A stretch of 62,628 nt of DNA, filler included, from Phoronis australis (taxonomy: Eukaryota; Animalia; Phoronida): the NCBI GenBank assembly GCA_002633005.1. It is 9 parts of 9 records of this genome, joined end to end, with 100 filler letters (N's around TTAATTAATTAA, not from the genome) between each part and the next. Parts side by side here need not be neighbours in the genome. Positions count along the whole stretch, not along the records: positions 32,936 to 59,709 come from NMRA01000293.1; 8 more parts are not named here. One strand, 5' to 3'. Within the stretch, counting starts at the first letter, position 1. Every line of letters starts with the position of its first letter. Below are positions 34,172 through 47,248 of the stretch, piece after piece. Under the pieces are notes generated by a model. The model saw nothing but the letters and a program-made list of their open reading frames with translations. It was not told the DNA's origin and made no database searches. Made by a program: the position numbers and the translations under genes.

Positions 34172-35761
34172 TCACGTGTTATTATCTGATGTCTTCTTTA
34201 CTTCTTCGTGCGGGATGGGAGTGTCTGCGTGTTGCTTTGCTTCAGAGGCGCTACTCGTTTCCTTTTGTTTGGAAGCCTTTAGCAGCAATTTTAACGACAC
34301 ACTATTTGTTGTACTACCTTCTGCGCTTGCCGACCTTGGCGTTTCATTCCCTTCACTCTTATGGTTCGCTTTTGTTACAAGTTTACTTGATCTTTCGCCA
34401 GGTGCTGCGGAATCGGACACGCCTTGTTTCTTTGCCGCCTTCAACAACAAGGACGACAAGCCACTTCCGACGGATTTTGCCTTTGGTCGTTTCATTGCTC
34501 TTGCCAATATATCAGCCGCTCTTTGCTCGTCAGGTGTACTACCGTGGGAAGGCGATCCACCGTCCACCATTGAAGGAGCGGAGGCGATTTTCCTCGCGGT
34601 GAACTTTCCTGCGGACCAGCGGAGTCTGGACCTCGCCTTATCCGGAGACGGGGAATTATTTCGCGAACTGTCACTCTCACCACTGGCATCTCCTCGAGAT
34701 CCCTTTTTCATTCTTGATAGCAAACTTTTAAGAGCACGCGCAGAGCGCGGAATTTCTTCCTCGGTGATTACTTTTGGTGGCTCAGGTTTTGGCCACGTTA
34801 CTTCAACGTGCTTCCGATACGAAGACGTCATCTGTGGCTCGTACGTCTCATACATCAACCGCAACGTTCCCCACCCAGTCTGTGAACTAATATCTCTGGG
34901 AGGTATACTTGGCAGCTGGCTTGACTTTTCAGTGTTCCAGTGACGTGTTGGCGCAGTGGTTGGCCTTTTGGCGCCAACACATGGCTTTCTGTTCGTGACA
35001 CGACCCTTTCGTTTACTACAGCCTAAGGGTGCTGTATGCGGCCGCCTGCAAAGCTCTTGTAAATGAGTGTCAATTTCTGATGGAAGCTTCCGCTGAAACA
35101 AAGTGCCGAGATCAAATGGATTGACATCATCGGCAATTTCATAATGAATCTGAAGCCACTCTCGAGGCGTTTTGAACAGAAGTCCATCTTTAACCGTCAG
35201 TGACGCTCTTCCCTTGTTTACCAGCACACGCGCAATGTCCAAGTGTCCAAACTGACATGCAGTATGAAGCGGGGTAAACCCAAAATTGTTACGAATATTT
35301 ACGCCCAAATGGTATCGCACCATTTGTTTCAAAACGGTTTCTACTGTATCTAAATTCCCGGATGCACTAGCGTAGTGTAGCACTGTATTTTTGAATTCAT
35401 CTTCTTGGTTCAAATCATAATGGTCCGAGTCGTTGATCAGAAGACGCAGAACCTCTACATTATTGCCTCTGGCCGCGTGGTGCAGCGACGTCATTTGGTG
35501 ACTGTCCTGTAGCGACTTATCGGCATTGAATTTCAGGAGAAGCGAGCACAGCCGAACAGCAGTTTTAGGAGTCTTTATGTAACAACACTTCATAAGAGGC
35601 GTTAGGCCGCCTGGATCCCTTTGATTTGGATCGGCACCCATTTTCACATGGTACCGGAACTGTTGGATGCGTCCAGCGCGTAGCGCATTATGTAGAGTCA
35701 TACGAGGATGAGGCTGATAATCTGCCAACTCAGAGTTGTCGAAATCTTCTATGTACTTCAT
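34172..35761 (-). CDS. Ankyrin-repeat protein, 529 aa, intronless CDS with a long disordered basic/Ser-rich C-terminus
   Basis: Repeats GLTPLMKCC, MTSLHHAAR, KNTVLHYAS, GFTPLHTAC in the first ~200 aa. A splice-acceptor-like ttgttccag just upstream of the ATG suggests a 5'UTR intron. Confidence 0.9.
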   Translation of the reverse strand: MKYIEDFDNSELADYQPHPRMTLHNALRAGRIQQFRYHVKMGADPNQRDPGGLTPLMKCCYIKTPKTAVRLCSLLLKFNADKSLQDSHQMTSLHHAARGNNVEVLRLLINDSDHYDLNQEDEFKNTVLHYASASGNLDTVETVLKQMVRYHLGVNIRNNFGFTPLHTACQFGHLDIARVLVNKGRASLTVKDGLLFKTPREWLQIHYEIADDVNPFDLGTLFQRKLPSEIDTHLQELCRRPHTAPLGCSKRKGRVTNRKPCVGAKRPTTAPTRHWNTEKSSQLPSIPPRDISSQTGWGTLRLMYETYEPQMTSSYRKHVEVTWPKPEPPKVITEEEIPRSARALKSLLSRMKKGSRGDASGESDSSRNNSPSPDKARSRLRWSAGKFTARKIASAPSMVDGGSPSHGSTPDEQRAADILARAMKRPKAKSVGSGLSSLLLKAAKKQGVSDSAAPGERSSKLVTKANHKSEGNETPRSASAEGSTTNSVSLKLLLKASKQKETSSASEAKQHADTPIPHEEVKKTSDNNT

Positions 35762-38700
35762 GGTTGTGCGGTACTATCTGGAACAAAACAAAACATTTGC
35801 CTATTTAAAATGAATTGAAACAGAGAAAAAAGATCTCGTCAGATATTTTTCCATTATTCTCGTCAACACCTACTTTCTCCGATGATAGTGAAAATAATAC
35901 AAAAAGACAATTAATATACTAACAGGAAAATATTTTGAAAATAAATAAGGAATACTAACAATTCCTGCTTTGTAAGGTCTAACTATTCTATCTGATCTGA
36001 AGAAAACCGAATAGCAATCAGCGACGACTATATCTCATGGTTGTTTAGAAACAACTGCTCTCGGCCTCGGTATCTCCACCAACTCGTAGTACGCAAACTT
36101 TTCTAGTCAGACAAAGGTACCACGTGTTTATTGCACATTTACGGACATTTTTGTTATTGAATATATCAAATTTAAGACGCTTGTTGCTACTATTGAAGCG
36201 GTAATAATGCAATTACATTCAAAATACTTATAAAACCTGTTTGTTCTCAGCTTGGAAATCAAAGACGAGTACATTGTAAAACAGCGCAATAAAGTACATA
36301 ACCACAATACACGGCATATGAACGGCTATTGAGTGGTCACTGCTCCTTGTAAATGTATGACGCGCCAAATTGGATATTAATTGAAATAGTGTCCGAAACT
36401 CACCTGTTTAGGTATTTAACCTGCCAATGCACATACGCGTGTTTACTGCAACAACGTTACAACACCTATGTCACCGGCTAGCCAATATTCACTACATAGT
36501 TATTTACAATCAATGTCGACGTGGAGATATTGGACAGTCATCAAAACAGGCCGTTTTGTTATCGATCATCAGGATCTGCGCTTGCACGACAAACTCCTTA
36601 CAAGTAATGGAACCATTGTCATTCACTTAATGACCAAGTCTAAAAGATTGCAAGTGAATGCTCGACAGCGTTCAAGCAATCAGAGAATACTTAGAACGAA
36701 CGAAAAGTCTCCTTCTCAGGTAGGCTACTTTACCCCACTAGTACTCCATGATTCGAATATTTCCTGTTGACATCGTTATTGCTTACGCCCCTAAACATCC
36801 TAATTCAATTGTTTGCAAAAACAATCGAACAGCATCTCCAATACAGGCTTCATGTAACAAAAGAACTGCGGTCAGTGAGCCTCCTTTACAAGTTTCGCCA
36901 GTTCTAGATTATTGACTGACAACTACTCGAAGAGGGGTCTTTTAACGCCGTTGCCTGGAAGACGCGTAATTTTCCTTCGAGCTATTAGCTTAGTCTAATG
37001 TTGTACACCCCGGGCTTAAATGTTTCATTTCAGTGAGTTAAAAAAGATTAAGCTTTAGTTGTTAAATTATTTCGAACCGAACTTTGTAAGTGGATAACTT
37101 TGATCGTTGGGAGGATGTCAAAAGTTCAGTTAACAGCAACATGCGGACGCTTATAAAGACGAGTAATGGCAACACGACGCCGGAACACCCGACCACGGGT
37201 GTTTTCGTAGCATCACATTTCCCCTTGGTGGCACTGTAAAGTTAGACTGTGGCCGCAGGCAATTTGCAATGCCTAGAGATTAAATATTTGGGGTAGGCCA
37301 GGTTTAGTTGCATTTTTGCGATAGACATTACGTGTAGGTTCAGTGAATATGGGTTTGCTTTATTTCTGAACACGTTAGAAATGAGCAGTCCACTACATAG
37401 GCAGTTGATACTCCCTTTTCAAGATCGCCCTCTATATTGCTGCATTTTTGCGTAACGACAGAAATGTGCTACAATTTGAGATAGCCCAGAATTACAAAAA
37501 TATCTAGTTGGATGGCAGCACTTTTGCGTTCAGAATTTATGGTTGGCTCCTGTCTAACAGTGACAGGGAAGTGGTGGTTTTGGTTTGAAAACTGTCGATT
37601 TTGTGTTTTTGCCACCTTTTTTCGTAGTTTCGCTTTCTATTTCGTTGGAAATGAAAGGGCGGAGACAGAACAAAGTTTTTGTGGTCACGTGTAACGGTTT
37701 TGATGTGAAACGGCTCACAACTTTTCATTTTGTTCATAAAGATTTTGACACGGGGTGTAAGAATGGCAGCGAGTCCAATGACGAGTGCACTGCCAAGCAA
37801 AATTCCGTGAGAACTGTTCAACGCTTCCCTCGGAGGTGAGCGTTAGCAAACTTCAATGCCAATCATTTTTCACTTAAGAAGTCACACTGACTTGCTACAT
37901 AACAAGTCTGCACAAGTGCTGATGACGTTCACCTCCTAGGTAAAATTCGAGGCTATACCCGATGTATTCCGTATATGAAACCGGGTGTTACGCACCAAGG
38001 TCTTTCTGTCATTTTCATGCATTCTGGGTTCCGCGGGGTCCTCGACTATATTTTTGACAGGAAGGTGTAGCTGGATATAGCCATAACAGAGAGTACTTGA
38101 AAAGACCCATGAAAACACCCATTCGAAGGGGTTTGTTCCAGAAACACTACTCTTTTGCATCAAGTTATAATATATGTGTCAAGTTCAAAAACATATCCTT
38201 TTTTGTAGGGATTCTTAAACAGCTTAGTCATGTTTAACATATAAAAGATGAAACAAAACAAGAAGATATGCATGTCTGTCAAGACTGAGTACTTGGTTTG
38301 TAACCAAAGCTTTTAAACATAGATATTCTGTAGTTTCATATAGGCGAAACATTTTGTATGGCAAAATTGATTGTGAAAAGTGACACTTCTAAGCGGCACG
38401 TCCCTTTCGTATGGGAGTACCCCCATTATTCTGGAAGGTTTCGGGTAAGAATTAGCGTTGCCACTCACTCACAATCCAGGGAAGCTCAATGGCTAGACAA
38501 TTGAGGAAAATTGTGCCCAAGACAGGTGACCTCGTGCCTCACACAGACAGATTCCCGGCCTGCCCGTCACCGCAAAGCCTTCGCGTACTGATTACATGCA
38601 TGTAACGCCATTGGCGGATTTAGAAGGGCCCGTGCACCTTTGATACACGTCGGCATGTCTGAACATTGACCTTCGAAATTTGTGGTTGAGCCTGGGTCAC

Positions 38701-41700
38701 TAAGGTAAATGTTCACGCCATTAAAACAAAGAATTGTAATGTGAGACTTCAACCAGGAAAGAAATGTCCCTTTCATCAAAATACCGCCTAGTATGTCACC
38801 GGTTGAGCATAAAAAATACCTTATAGATGAAATTAATCTCGACGTTTTATTGAAAGTTGACGAATCCTTCAGTGTTTTTTTTACCATTTTTGAATTGCTT
38901 GGCATTGAAACCAGAAAATAATTTTACAAGTTATCGCATTCAATAAAAAAAAGAAATCAGCGAACACATGGAGTGAAATCGATAAACTGATGGAACTTTG
39001 ACTGAAGCGCGAAAGCGATCTTCCGACCATGGCTTTAGGGACAGCAATTAAATTTTCCCAATTATTGTTACAGCATGCACATACGTCGTGTGGCTTTGGG
39101 GATATTTGTACCCAAATCAAATATCAAGATTCGTTTCGATATATCACAAAATTCTGTATCAATTCGTATTTAAATTGTCTTATTCGCCAAACTCTGGCTC
39201 AGCAAAAAATGATGGCAAGGAAATTAATCTCTTGTACAGCGCCTGAGTTAGTTGTTTTTGGTCACAAACATAAGTTTTGGTGGACTATTCTATATTGCCA
39301 TTGTGTCAGGATAAAATACAAAACGTAATATTTCTAAAGCACGACAAAATAAGGTAAGATTGCAAACACCATTTTAATGCGCCCGTTGGCCGGAGCTGTT
39401 GAGTGCAGTCACAGTGCCTCAACGAAATTCTTCAAGTTACGCTCGAATGACGCGGGTGCGCACCTGAACGTTATCGCCGACATAGTATGGACATTGAAAG
39501 GGTACAACAGTGTATTTAAAACGGTATTTTTTCTCTCTCTAGATGTAGGTTTTCAGGAACATTATAAATAAAAATAATAAGCGTACGCCAGGCGTTAACC
39601 TCAAAGAATGAAATAGTCGATGTCCGACCGCTAATTAATTGGAATTGATTGCATCTCAACTTGTCAAGAATCAATAGGAAAGCTATTATTACACGATTTA
39701 CACTCACATCGTCGGTCTTGGTCGCGTTAATCAATACTTAAGGAGATGAGCTTTCGCATCAACAAGAATTACAAAACAATTTGGTTGATGAGTTGCGTGG
39801 AAAATTTTCATTTTCCACGCCACCCACACGTCGATGTTTATTACGCAACATTATGTGTATCCGTTTCATACGTTTCAAAGCTCAATATCAATTCGCCCTA
39901 CCGAGGCAACAGAATTATGGTTCAGACGAAATACGCAAGACTAAAAGACTTCTCAATTTCTGTCTCTGGACATTTTAACAGAACAGCCCTTTTTAACTGG
40001 AGGTCATTTGGTCACTTCATAAAATAACACGATTCTAATTTTCTTAGGTGCACATCCGACCAATCTTACAAATTACTTTAACACTAAAACATAATATGAT
40101 CAATGTATCGGTTTTGCATGATTACTCTCAATAAAATACCAATTTGTACAGTCCTCAAATCAATGCCTTCAAGGTCTTGACTCACCAACAGCCGACGGTA
40201 ATGCAGGAATCCACATGATTTAAATTCTATACCCTAGCCTAAAAAACTGAGGGACAAATAAATACATTACATCACTCTCTTTTATGGTGACTGCTACGAC
40301 GGCATAATAAAAACAAATGTTCGAAGTAGAAACTATAGCTTCATGGTACTAGTAATAAGGCAAAGCTTTTAAAAATAGCGCATCTTATGGTCCTGTCACT
40401 CCAAAGCTGCATTTCACTTTGTTTAGCTGCGCAAAAACGAAAATCGAATTCGACTTTTTGCTCGCATAAATTCGGTTTCATATACAATGCTTGCTATTCA
40501 AGTCACAGGCAATGCGTACACGCACCATTTTCGAATTAGCAATTTCAATGTTGGCCATGCAACCCCAATAAACATTTTGTTTAGTCGCAGAGAGTTTCCA
40601 TGGTCTTGTTGCCGGGAAACAGAAATAGAATTTTATCGCAGTAAGGAGTATAATGAGATCAACTTTATTAGAGAAAAACCCTAATTGGATTTTCGTTTTT
40701 AGCAAACTAAACGGGCCAAATACACAGGACTGTCTATGTAAAACTGTGTCATGCTTTCATAAAATATCTAACATAAATGCAGGTATCAAGCTGTACTCAA
40801 CAGTACTTACTAATTGAAGATTTGACATTGAAGCTGAGATAAACGCCGCTTTCCGTCTATTTTAATATCGCTGTAACTTTGTCCTTACTCAGACGAGAAG
40901 TCATTTCTGGGTTTCCAAACAGCTGATAGTTCGTTATTCGTTATTCCACTGATATTCGGCGTACGAAATAACACGTCATCCAAAGTTAACTAGCAAAGCT
41001 TGATCTCAAACGATAATGAACGGACAACTCCTTGAAGCTTTGAAATCACTTCAAAATTTGACCACGGGACAGTCTGACCGAGACCACGGCAACTGGTTTA
41101 AACAATATTTTTGTGACGTTTATTGCCACTTAAGTCATTCTGGGCGAGTAATTTTACGAAAGGTAGCACTAATTTCACATTAACAGTGGAATGCTCTACC
41201 ACAGAGCAAAATCTAACATTATGCGCAGTATTTTAAGCATATTTAAATGGTAAAGACATCGGCCTTGCTTTTCAGCATGTCTGGCAGACATTTAGCAGGA
41301 GTTACTTGGAGGCTTGTAATAAAATCGTATAAACACAACTGCTCTGGTAAAAGCGAATAACTTCAAGACGTCTATCCCTATTCAACAATAATCCTCGGTC
41401 AAATTGCATTTTCGAACCACAAAAAACGTAACCCTTTCAGACCTCATTTTGTGACAGGGCGGTCCCAGCTGGAGATCATTTCAATCTTCAGGGACATAAT
41501 ATCAACTGTCTCAGTGCTGATCAAAGGTGGCCTTTTGGAGATTCATTTGCGAAAAATGTGAAGCCGCATTTCAGTATGCTAAGTTAAAACCAACACTTGA
41601 GGCCGTAATAGCGATATCGCTGGGCTTAGTAAACTCTGCACTGGATTAGCTGCACTGCTTCCTCTGTTACTTTGCTAAAAAGAGCAAAATTGAGACTCTA

Positions 41701-42669
41701 TCTTTTAACTGATGCAATAATTTTTTACTAGTGGTCCTTATTTTCGAAAGAGAAAATCACGTGATGGCAGCAGTCCATACTTTTTACCCATCACCAAGTA
41801 ATACCAGGATGTGGCACATATTTCAAAATGAATCAAGCATAGGACAGAACAACATGCTACTGTCCCACTTGATGTTTCTTCCTTATCCTGGAGACAAAGG
41901 AGAGGAAAGAAATGACAAACAATAGTAATTAATTACAAAGTATATTTAAATGCAAAAGACAAATAAACCATTATCTTCAATTACAAAAAGGAATTTCTAG
42001 TCACTTCCACTTAAAAATTGACAATTTTAGGGGTGATATGTAGGCCTCCTTGGGAACACAAACACCTCCTAATACAAAAGTTAATTTGAATGAGTATTTA
42101 GGTATTGCAAAAGTAAACACAGCATATAGGAACACACAGCAAATTTGTAAATAACTTTCTGTTGAAGAAAGCAGTAGGGCCGTTCGGATTGCACGGTGAT
42201 AGAAATCTCCATTGCCACAGAGATAAGAAAGCGCGTAACCTCGTTTTGGAAATCAGCCACATTTTCATGTCGGGAAGGCAAAGAATTTCGTTCACATCAC
42301 ACATCCACGGGTATTTGTCCAGTTTATCAAACTTTCTCGCGTCAGAGTTTCAGCCCACAGCACAGCAGTAATACTTTATTACTATTAGCATTAGAAGGAC
42401 GAATAGAGTAATGTAACAGAGAAAAAATTGTAAAGAAGCAGACAACAAATAACATGTGAAACTCCAATGGCACGAAAACGATGCCGCAAATGTGCCTGGC
42501 AGATGTTTATGGCATCGTGGGTAAATACAGTGAGATTCGGGTGTCGCTGCTTAATTCGGGACGGCCCTATTGTGTTTCTTTCTTGACAAATGAACCACAT
42601 AGGTCATAGGTCACACTCATGGAGTTCTACCTTTGATCAATTTATGCTCCTGTGTTGACTAATCCATCA

Positions 42670-42955
42670 CCTCAACATGAAGGATTAATTTAAGCTTGAC
42701 TGTAGAATGAACAACTGCAAATCACTTTCAGCATACTTTATGTCTCTGAGGGACTAATTTATACTATTGCTTATACTATACTGTAATGACTGCTTTCATT
42801 GAATGTGTTTGAGGGACTGTTTTATACTGCTCTGATTCTCAGCTGCATAATAATGGATTGCTTTCATCGTGTCTCTGGAGGATTAATTTATACTCCTATC
42901 TCGATTGGATAACAACGGGTCGCTTTCATCGTATGTCTCTTCAGATAATCTGTCC
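42670..42955 (-). repeat. Degenerate ~65-bp tandem repeat spanning the MFSD1-like stop codon and 3'UTR
   Basis: Units sharing gctttcat..tgtctctgagggattaatttatact near 42721, 42789, 42857 and 42919. Confidence 0.6.
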
Positions 42956-43002
42956 ATGGCTTGCTGTCGCTTTTCCTTTCTGCTTTGATTCAGCACACTT
43001 CC
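42883..43002 (-). CDS. MFSD1: MFSD1-like lysosomal MFS transporter, last exon; gene join complement(56490-56587,55803-55924,54652-54707,53560-53703,52348-52506,51829-51944,50368-50468,49665-49773,49024-49161,47697-47839,47249-47366,42883-43002)
   Basis: GSVLNQSRKEKRQQAMDRLSEETYDESDPLLSNRDRSIN*; all 12 exons have AG/GT ends and join in phase (1424 nt). Confidence 0.85.
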   Translation of the reverse strand, partial: GSVLNQSRKEKRQQAMDRLSEETYDESDPLLSNRDRSIN

Positions 43003-43500
43003 CTGGTGAACAAAATTATTGTTAACTTTTTGTAAGCAATACAGAATAAGATACAACAGCACTTTAGATAATTTGGACGCAACTGGATCAAGAGATTTTA
43101 TCAAACTGCTTATTATTTTAAATGACTTATATGCTTATTGAAATAAAATAAGCAAAAATTCATTTTCTGGCCTCAGAAGTGGGGCCCCTACTATTAATAG
43201 AGGTGCTATTCTTTTCCGTCACCTTCAGGAGGAACCTTATTTAATATAGCTTTTCAAGCTCGAAATAGGATTTCTTGCATTTAACATTTTCATAAGTCTA
43301 CAATAGTTAAAATAACAAGCTCTCATCCGAGTATGGTAAAAGCTTTTAGTGTATGAACTAGAACAACGGTATGGCTGAACTTTGTTGTCGGGATTAAGTA
43401 AAAATCTGACTTATAAATGTCTAGTTCTCCCGTTTTACTGTGGAACTGACACAAAAATTTGTACGTCTTGTGTAAGTCACACACATACAGTAGCAACACA

Positions 43501-46500
43501 AACAAGAGCAACGCGGAGTGTTGAAATGCGCCCACAAATGCATTGCAAATGGTGTGCTTTTAGGGTTATTTATTTGTATCTTAAAAATGGCCACTAGATG
43601 GCGCAAAAACATACAATCCATCCAAAAACAGGAACATGCCATATTTCATAAGAAGGAACTTCAGAGAAACAAAGGAAAACAGAATAAAATGAAATTGCCA
43701 CTTGTGGGCACAGTGTCCGTTGGATCAGCCTAAAAGTTGTCGTCATCTGTTGTTATCTTCATATAAATACACTTACTAAATTTAATAAAGATCCTGTAGT
43801 GGGTTTAGGAGATACACCTATGGGGGCAAAACAAAACTAGTCAGTCACCATCATCAAAGGTTGTCTTCACACTGAGAACATATTTGCCAATTTTCAAATG
43901 ATTTGGTTGATACGGGGGTGGACGCCAAAAACAAGATTTGAAAACAGCAAAAATGGCCACTAGGTGGTGCAAAATACCTTGATTCCACCCAAAAACAGGA
44001 AGATAGCGTCATCACAGCAATAGATGACTAAATTTAAAATTTTATGAAAATCTGTTGAGGACCTTTGAAGATAGAGTTAAACGTAAAAAACAAAAATTGC
44101 CACTAGGGGGCACAGCAGCAGTTAGATCTGTCCGAAAGTCGCCGTCGTCCGCAGTAATCATCATATAAATACGCTAAATTAAGTAAAGATCCTGCAAACA
44201 GTTTAGGAGACACAGCCATGAGCACAAAAAAAACTGCCACTAGGAGATGCCCCAGTAGTCGAAGTTGTCAGAAAATCATCTTCAGCCGTCCACTACATAG
44301 TAAAAACATACATGCCAATTTTCACAATTATCCTGAAAACGATTTGTTTGATAGATTACTGGACACCAAAAAACTCGATAACAGTAAAAATGGCCACTAG
44401 GTGGTGCAAAGTACGTCAAATTCATGTGAAAATGAAGAGATAGCGGCACCTCATTAATAGATGCCTATATGGCAAATTTTATGAAAATACAATGAGGACC
44501 TTTGAAGATAGAGGTAAACGTAAAAAAAAATAAAATTGCCACTAGGTGGCACACCAGTTGTCATATCTGTCCAAAAGTCATCGTCCTCTGTTGTTAACAT
44601 CATATAAATATACTTACACAATTTCGTAAAGATCCTGTGAATGGTTTAGGAGATACAGCCATAGGCGCAAAAAAAAAAACTGCCACTAGGAGGTACCACA
44701 GTAGTCGCAATTGTCGGAAAATCATCGTCAACCATCCTCTTTATGGTAAGAGCACACATGCCAATTTTTACAATCATACTTTGAGCGGTTTGGTTGATAA
44801 AGGGATGGACTCGAAAACAGTAACAAGAGCAACGCGGAGCGTTGAAATGCGCCCACAATTGCACCGCATACGGTATCCTTCTAGGGTTGTTTATTGGTAC
44901 CATAAAGTGGCCAGTAGAGGGCATACTTTGCAAAATGGAAAGGCATGGTCATTGTCTCCTCAATAGGCTAGGGGCAAAATGTGAGTAATCTTCATAATAC
45001 AAGCACATCCTATACACCAGTTGCTTAAAGCACCACAGAAACATAGAATTAAAAACAAATTTACCAACATANNNNNNNNNNNNNNNNNNNNNNNNNNNNN
45101 NNNNNNNNNNNNNNNNNNNNNNNNNNNNNNNNNNNNNNNNNNNNNNNNNNNNNNNNNNNNNNNNNNNNNNNNNNNNNNNNNNNNNNNNNNNNNNNNNNNN
45201 NNNNNNNNNNNNNNNNNNNNNNNNNNNNNNNNNNNNNNNNNNNNNNNNNNNNNNNNNNNNNNNNNNNNNNNNNNNNNNNNNNNNNNNNNNNNNNNNNNNN
45301 NNNNNNNNNNNNNNNNNNNNNNNNNNNNNNNNNNNNNNNNNNNNNNNNNNNNNNNNNNNNNNNNNNNNNNNNNNNNNNNNNNNNNNNNNNNNNNNNNNNN
45401 NNNNNNNNNNNNNNNNNNNNNNNNNNNNNNNNNNNNNNNNNNNNNNNNNNNNNNNNNNNNNNNNNNNNNNNNNNNNNNNNNNNNNNNNNNNNNNNNNNNN
45501 NNNNNNNNNNNNNNNNNNNNNNNNNNNNNNNNNNNNNNNNNNNNNNNNNNNNNNNNNNNNNNNNNNNNNNNNNNNNNNNNNNNNNNNNNNNNNNNNNNNN
45601 NNNNNNNNNNNNNNNNNNNNNNNNNNNNNNNNNNNNNNNNNNNNNNNNNNNNNNNNNNNNNNNNNNNNNNNNNNNNNNNNNNNNNNNNNNNNNNNNNNNN
45701 NNNNNNNNNNNNNNNNNNNNNNNNNNNNNNNNNNNNNNNNNNNNNNNNNNNNNNNNNNNNNNNNNNNNNNNNNNNNNNNNNNNNNNNNNNNNNNNNNNNN
45801 NNNNNNNNNNNNNNNNNNNNNNNNNNNNNNNNNNNNNNNNNNNNNNNNNNNNNNNNNNNNNNNNNNNNNNNNNNNNNNNNNNNNNNNNNNNNNNNNNNNN
45901 NNNNNNNNNNNNNNNNNNNNNNNNCGTCATCTCACTACTAGGTGCCTACATACCAAATTTCATGAAAATCCGTTCAGGACTTTTGAAGATACAAAGGTAA
46001 GCGTAAAAAACTAAAATTGCCACTAGGGGGCACACCGGTAGTCGGATCCGTCCGAAAGTTCGCACATGCCGTCCCCTTCATGAATGGAACATATGTGCCA
46101 AATTTCATGAACGTATGTCAAAGGGTTTTGGAGATAGAGCAGCGGACGCCGGACGGACGGACGGACGGACAGAGATGACGGCATAATGCGTCCACATATA
46201 AATATGTGGGCGCATAAAAACGGCCACTAGGTGGCACAAACTATGTCAAATCCATCCAAAAACGGGAGGATAGCGTCATCTCACTAATAGGTGCTTACAT
46301 ACCAAATTTCATGAAAATCCGTTGAGGACTTTTGAAGATAAAAAGGTAAGCATAAAAACTAAAATTGCCACTAGGGGGCACACCGGTAGTCGGATCCGTC
46401 CGAAAGTTTGCTCATGCCGTCCCATTCATGAATGCAACATATGTGCCAAATTTCATGAACGTATGTCAAAGTGTTTTGAAGACAGAGCAGCGGACGCCGG

Positions 46501-46555
46501 ATCTACGGAGATGACGGCATAATACGTCCACATATAAATATGTGGGCGCATAAAA
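43501..46555 (-). mobile_element. Nested/tandem DINE-1-like Helentron-associated elements (HINE) in the last MFSD1 intron
   Basis: 5' ends at 46220 and 46555 carry the hairpin ATGCGTCCACATATAAATATGTGGGCGCAT and a (GGAC)n microsatellite. 3' ends at 43501 and 44822 carry the subTIR ATGCGCCCAC and a CAACGCGGAGCGTTG stem-loop ending CTTGTT. Internal ~350-420-bp repeats contain GCCACTAGGTGG. Confidence 0.65.
45072..45924. other. Scaffold gap (run of N)
   Basis: Continuous Ns inside the repeat array. Confidence 0.98.
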
Positions 46556-46995
46556 TAAAACTGCATGAATTTGACAGCAACACTCTTTGTTTTTTATGAA
46601 AAAAACAGAGAGCAATTATAATGTCATTTTGTTACATTCCGTCTCATTTAGCAAACCTGACTGATCAACACGGATTGTGCTCAATACCGATGAGGACATC
46701 GTGTTTGTTCAATGTTATTTCATGTTAAACCAAGACCCAGGCCTTTGTCGAGACGTTAATCTCATCACTTTCTTTAATTGTTCCCTGGATAGTGACTCCA
46801 TGGCAGGGGAATACTCACTAACATGAAAGTAGAATGTATTTCTAAGATAACCAGGGATCTGCACTAAAACCTAACTTCAAAAACTGCTGGATTCCCTTTT
46901 AAAAGCTTTCATCTTCTCATAACAGTCTATAGTTACCAATTCTATAATACTTCATCCAAATGAATGTTTCTACTTTCAAAAAAATTCAGTGGTCA

Positions 46996-47225
46996 CCAGG
47001 TGTCCAGTTCATGAAAAAGACCCAAGATAGTGAAGACAGAAATTTGGTATTACGCTTCCACTGCTGAATAAGGTTTTTGCAAAGTAACTAATATTCAGTA
47101 ACTAAACTAGCAGTCATTTGTATATTCTCAGATACTACACTTTTTGCTCAATGTGAAATATAATTATTTTCAGACCAAACTTATGTCTTAGGTCTTCAGT
47201 CACTTTTCATGAAACACACCCCAGG
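46996..47225. mobile_element. Small MITE-like repeat with imperfect TIRs; related internal sequence near 33847-33910
   Basis: ccaggtgtccagttcatgaaaa ... ttttcatgaaacacaccccagg; shared core ttctcagatact..ttttgctc..gtga..taattatttt. Confidence 0.4.
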
Positions 47226-47248
47226 ACTATTCTGAGTGTGTCACTTAC

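Noticed and set aside
34176-34943. 255-aa plus-strand ORF
   Set aside because: Antisense shadow of the Ser/Lys/Ala-rich tail of the ankyrin gene; no independent coding signal
36512-37835. Two plus-strand ATG-to-donor segments (MSTWRYW..SPSQ|GT and MKGRRQNK..FPRR|GT)
   Set aside because: No recognisable domain and no downstream exons found; could be chance
45021-45941. 306-aa and 289-aa ORFs in the track
   Set aside because: They consist almost entirely of N-gap translation
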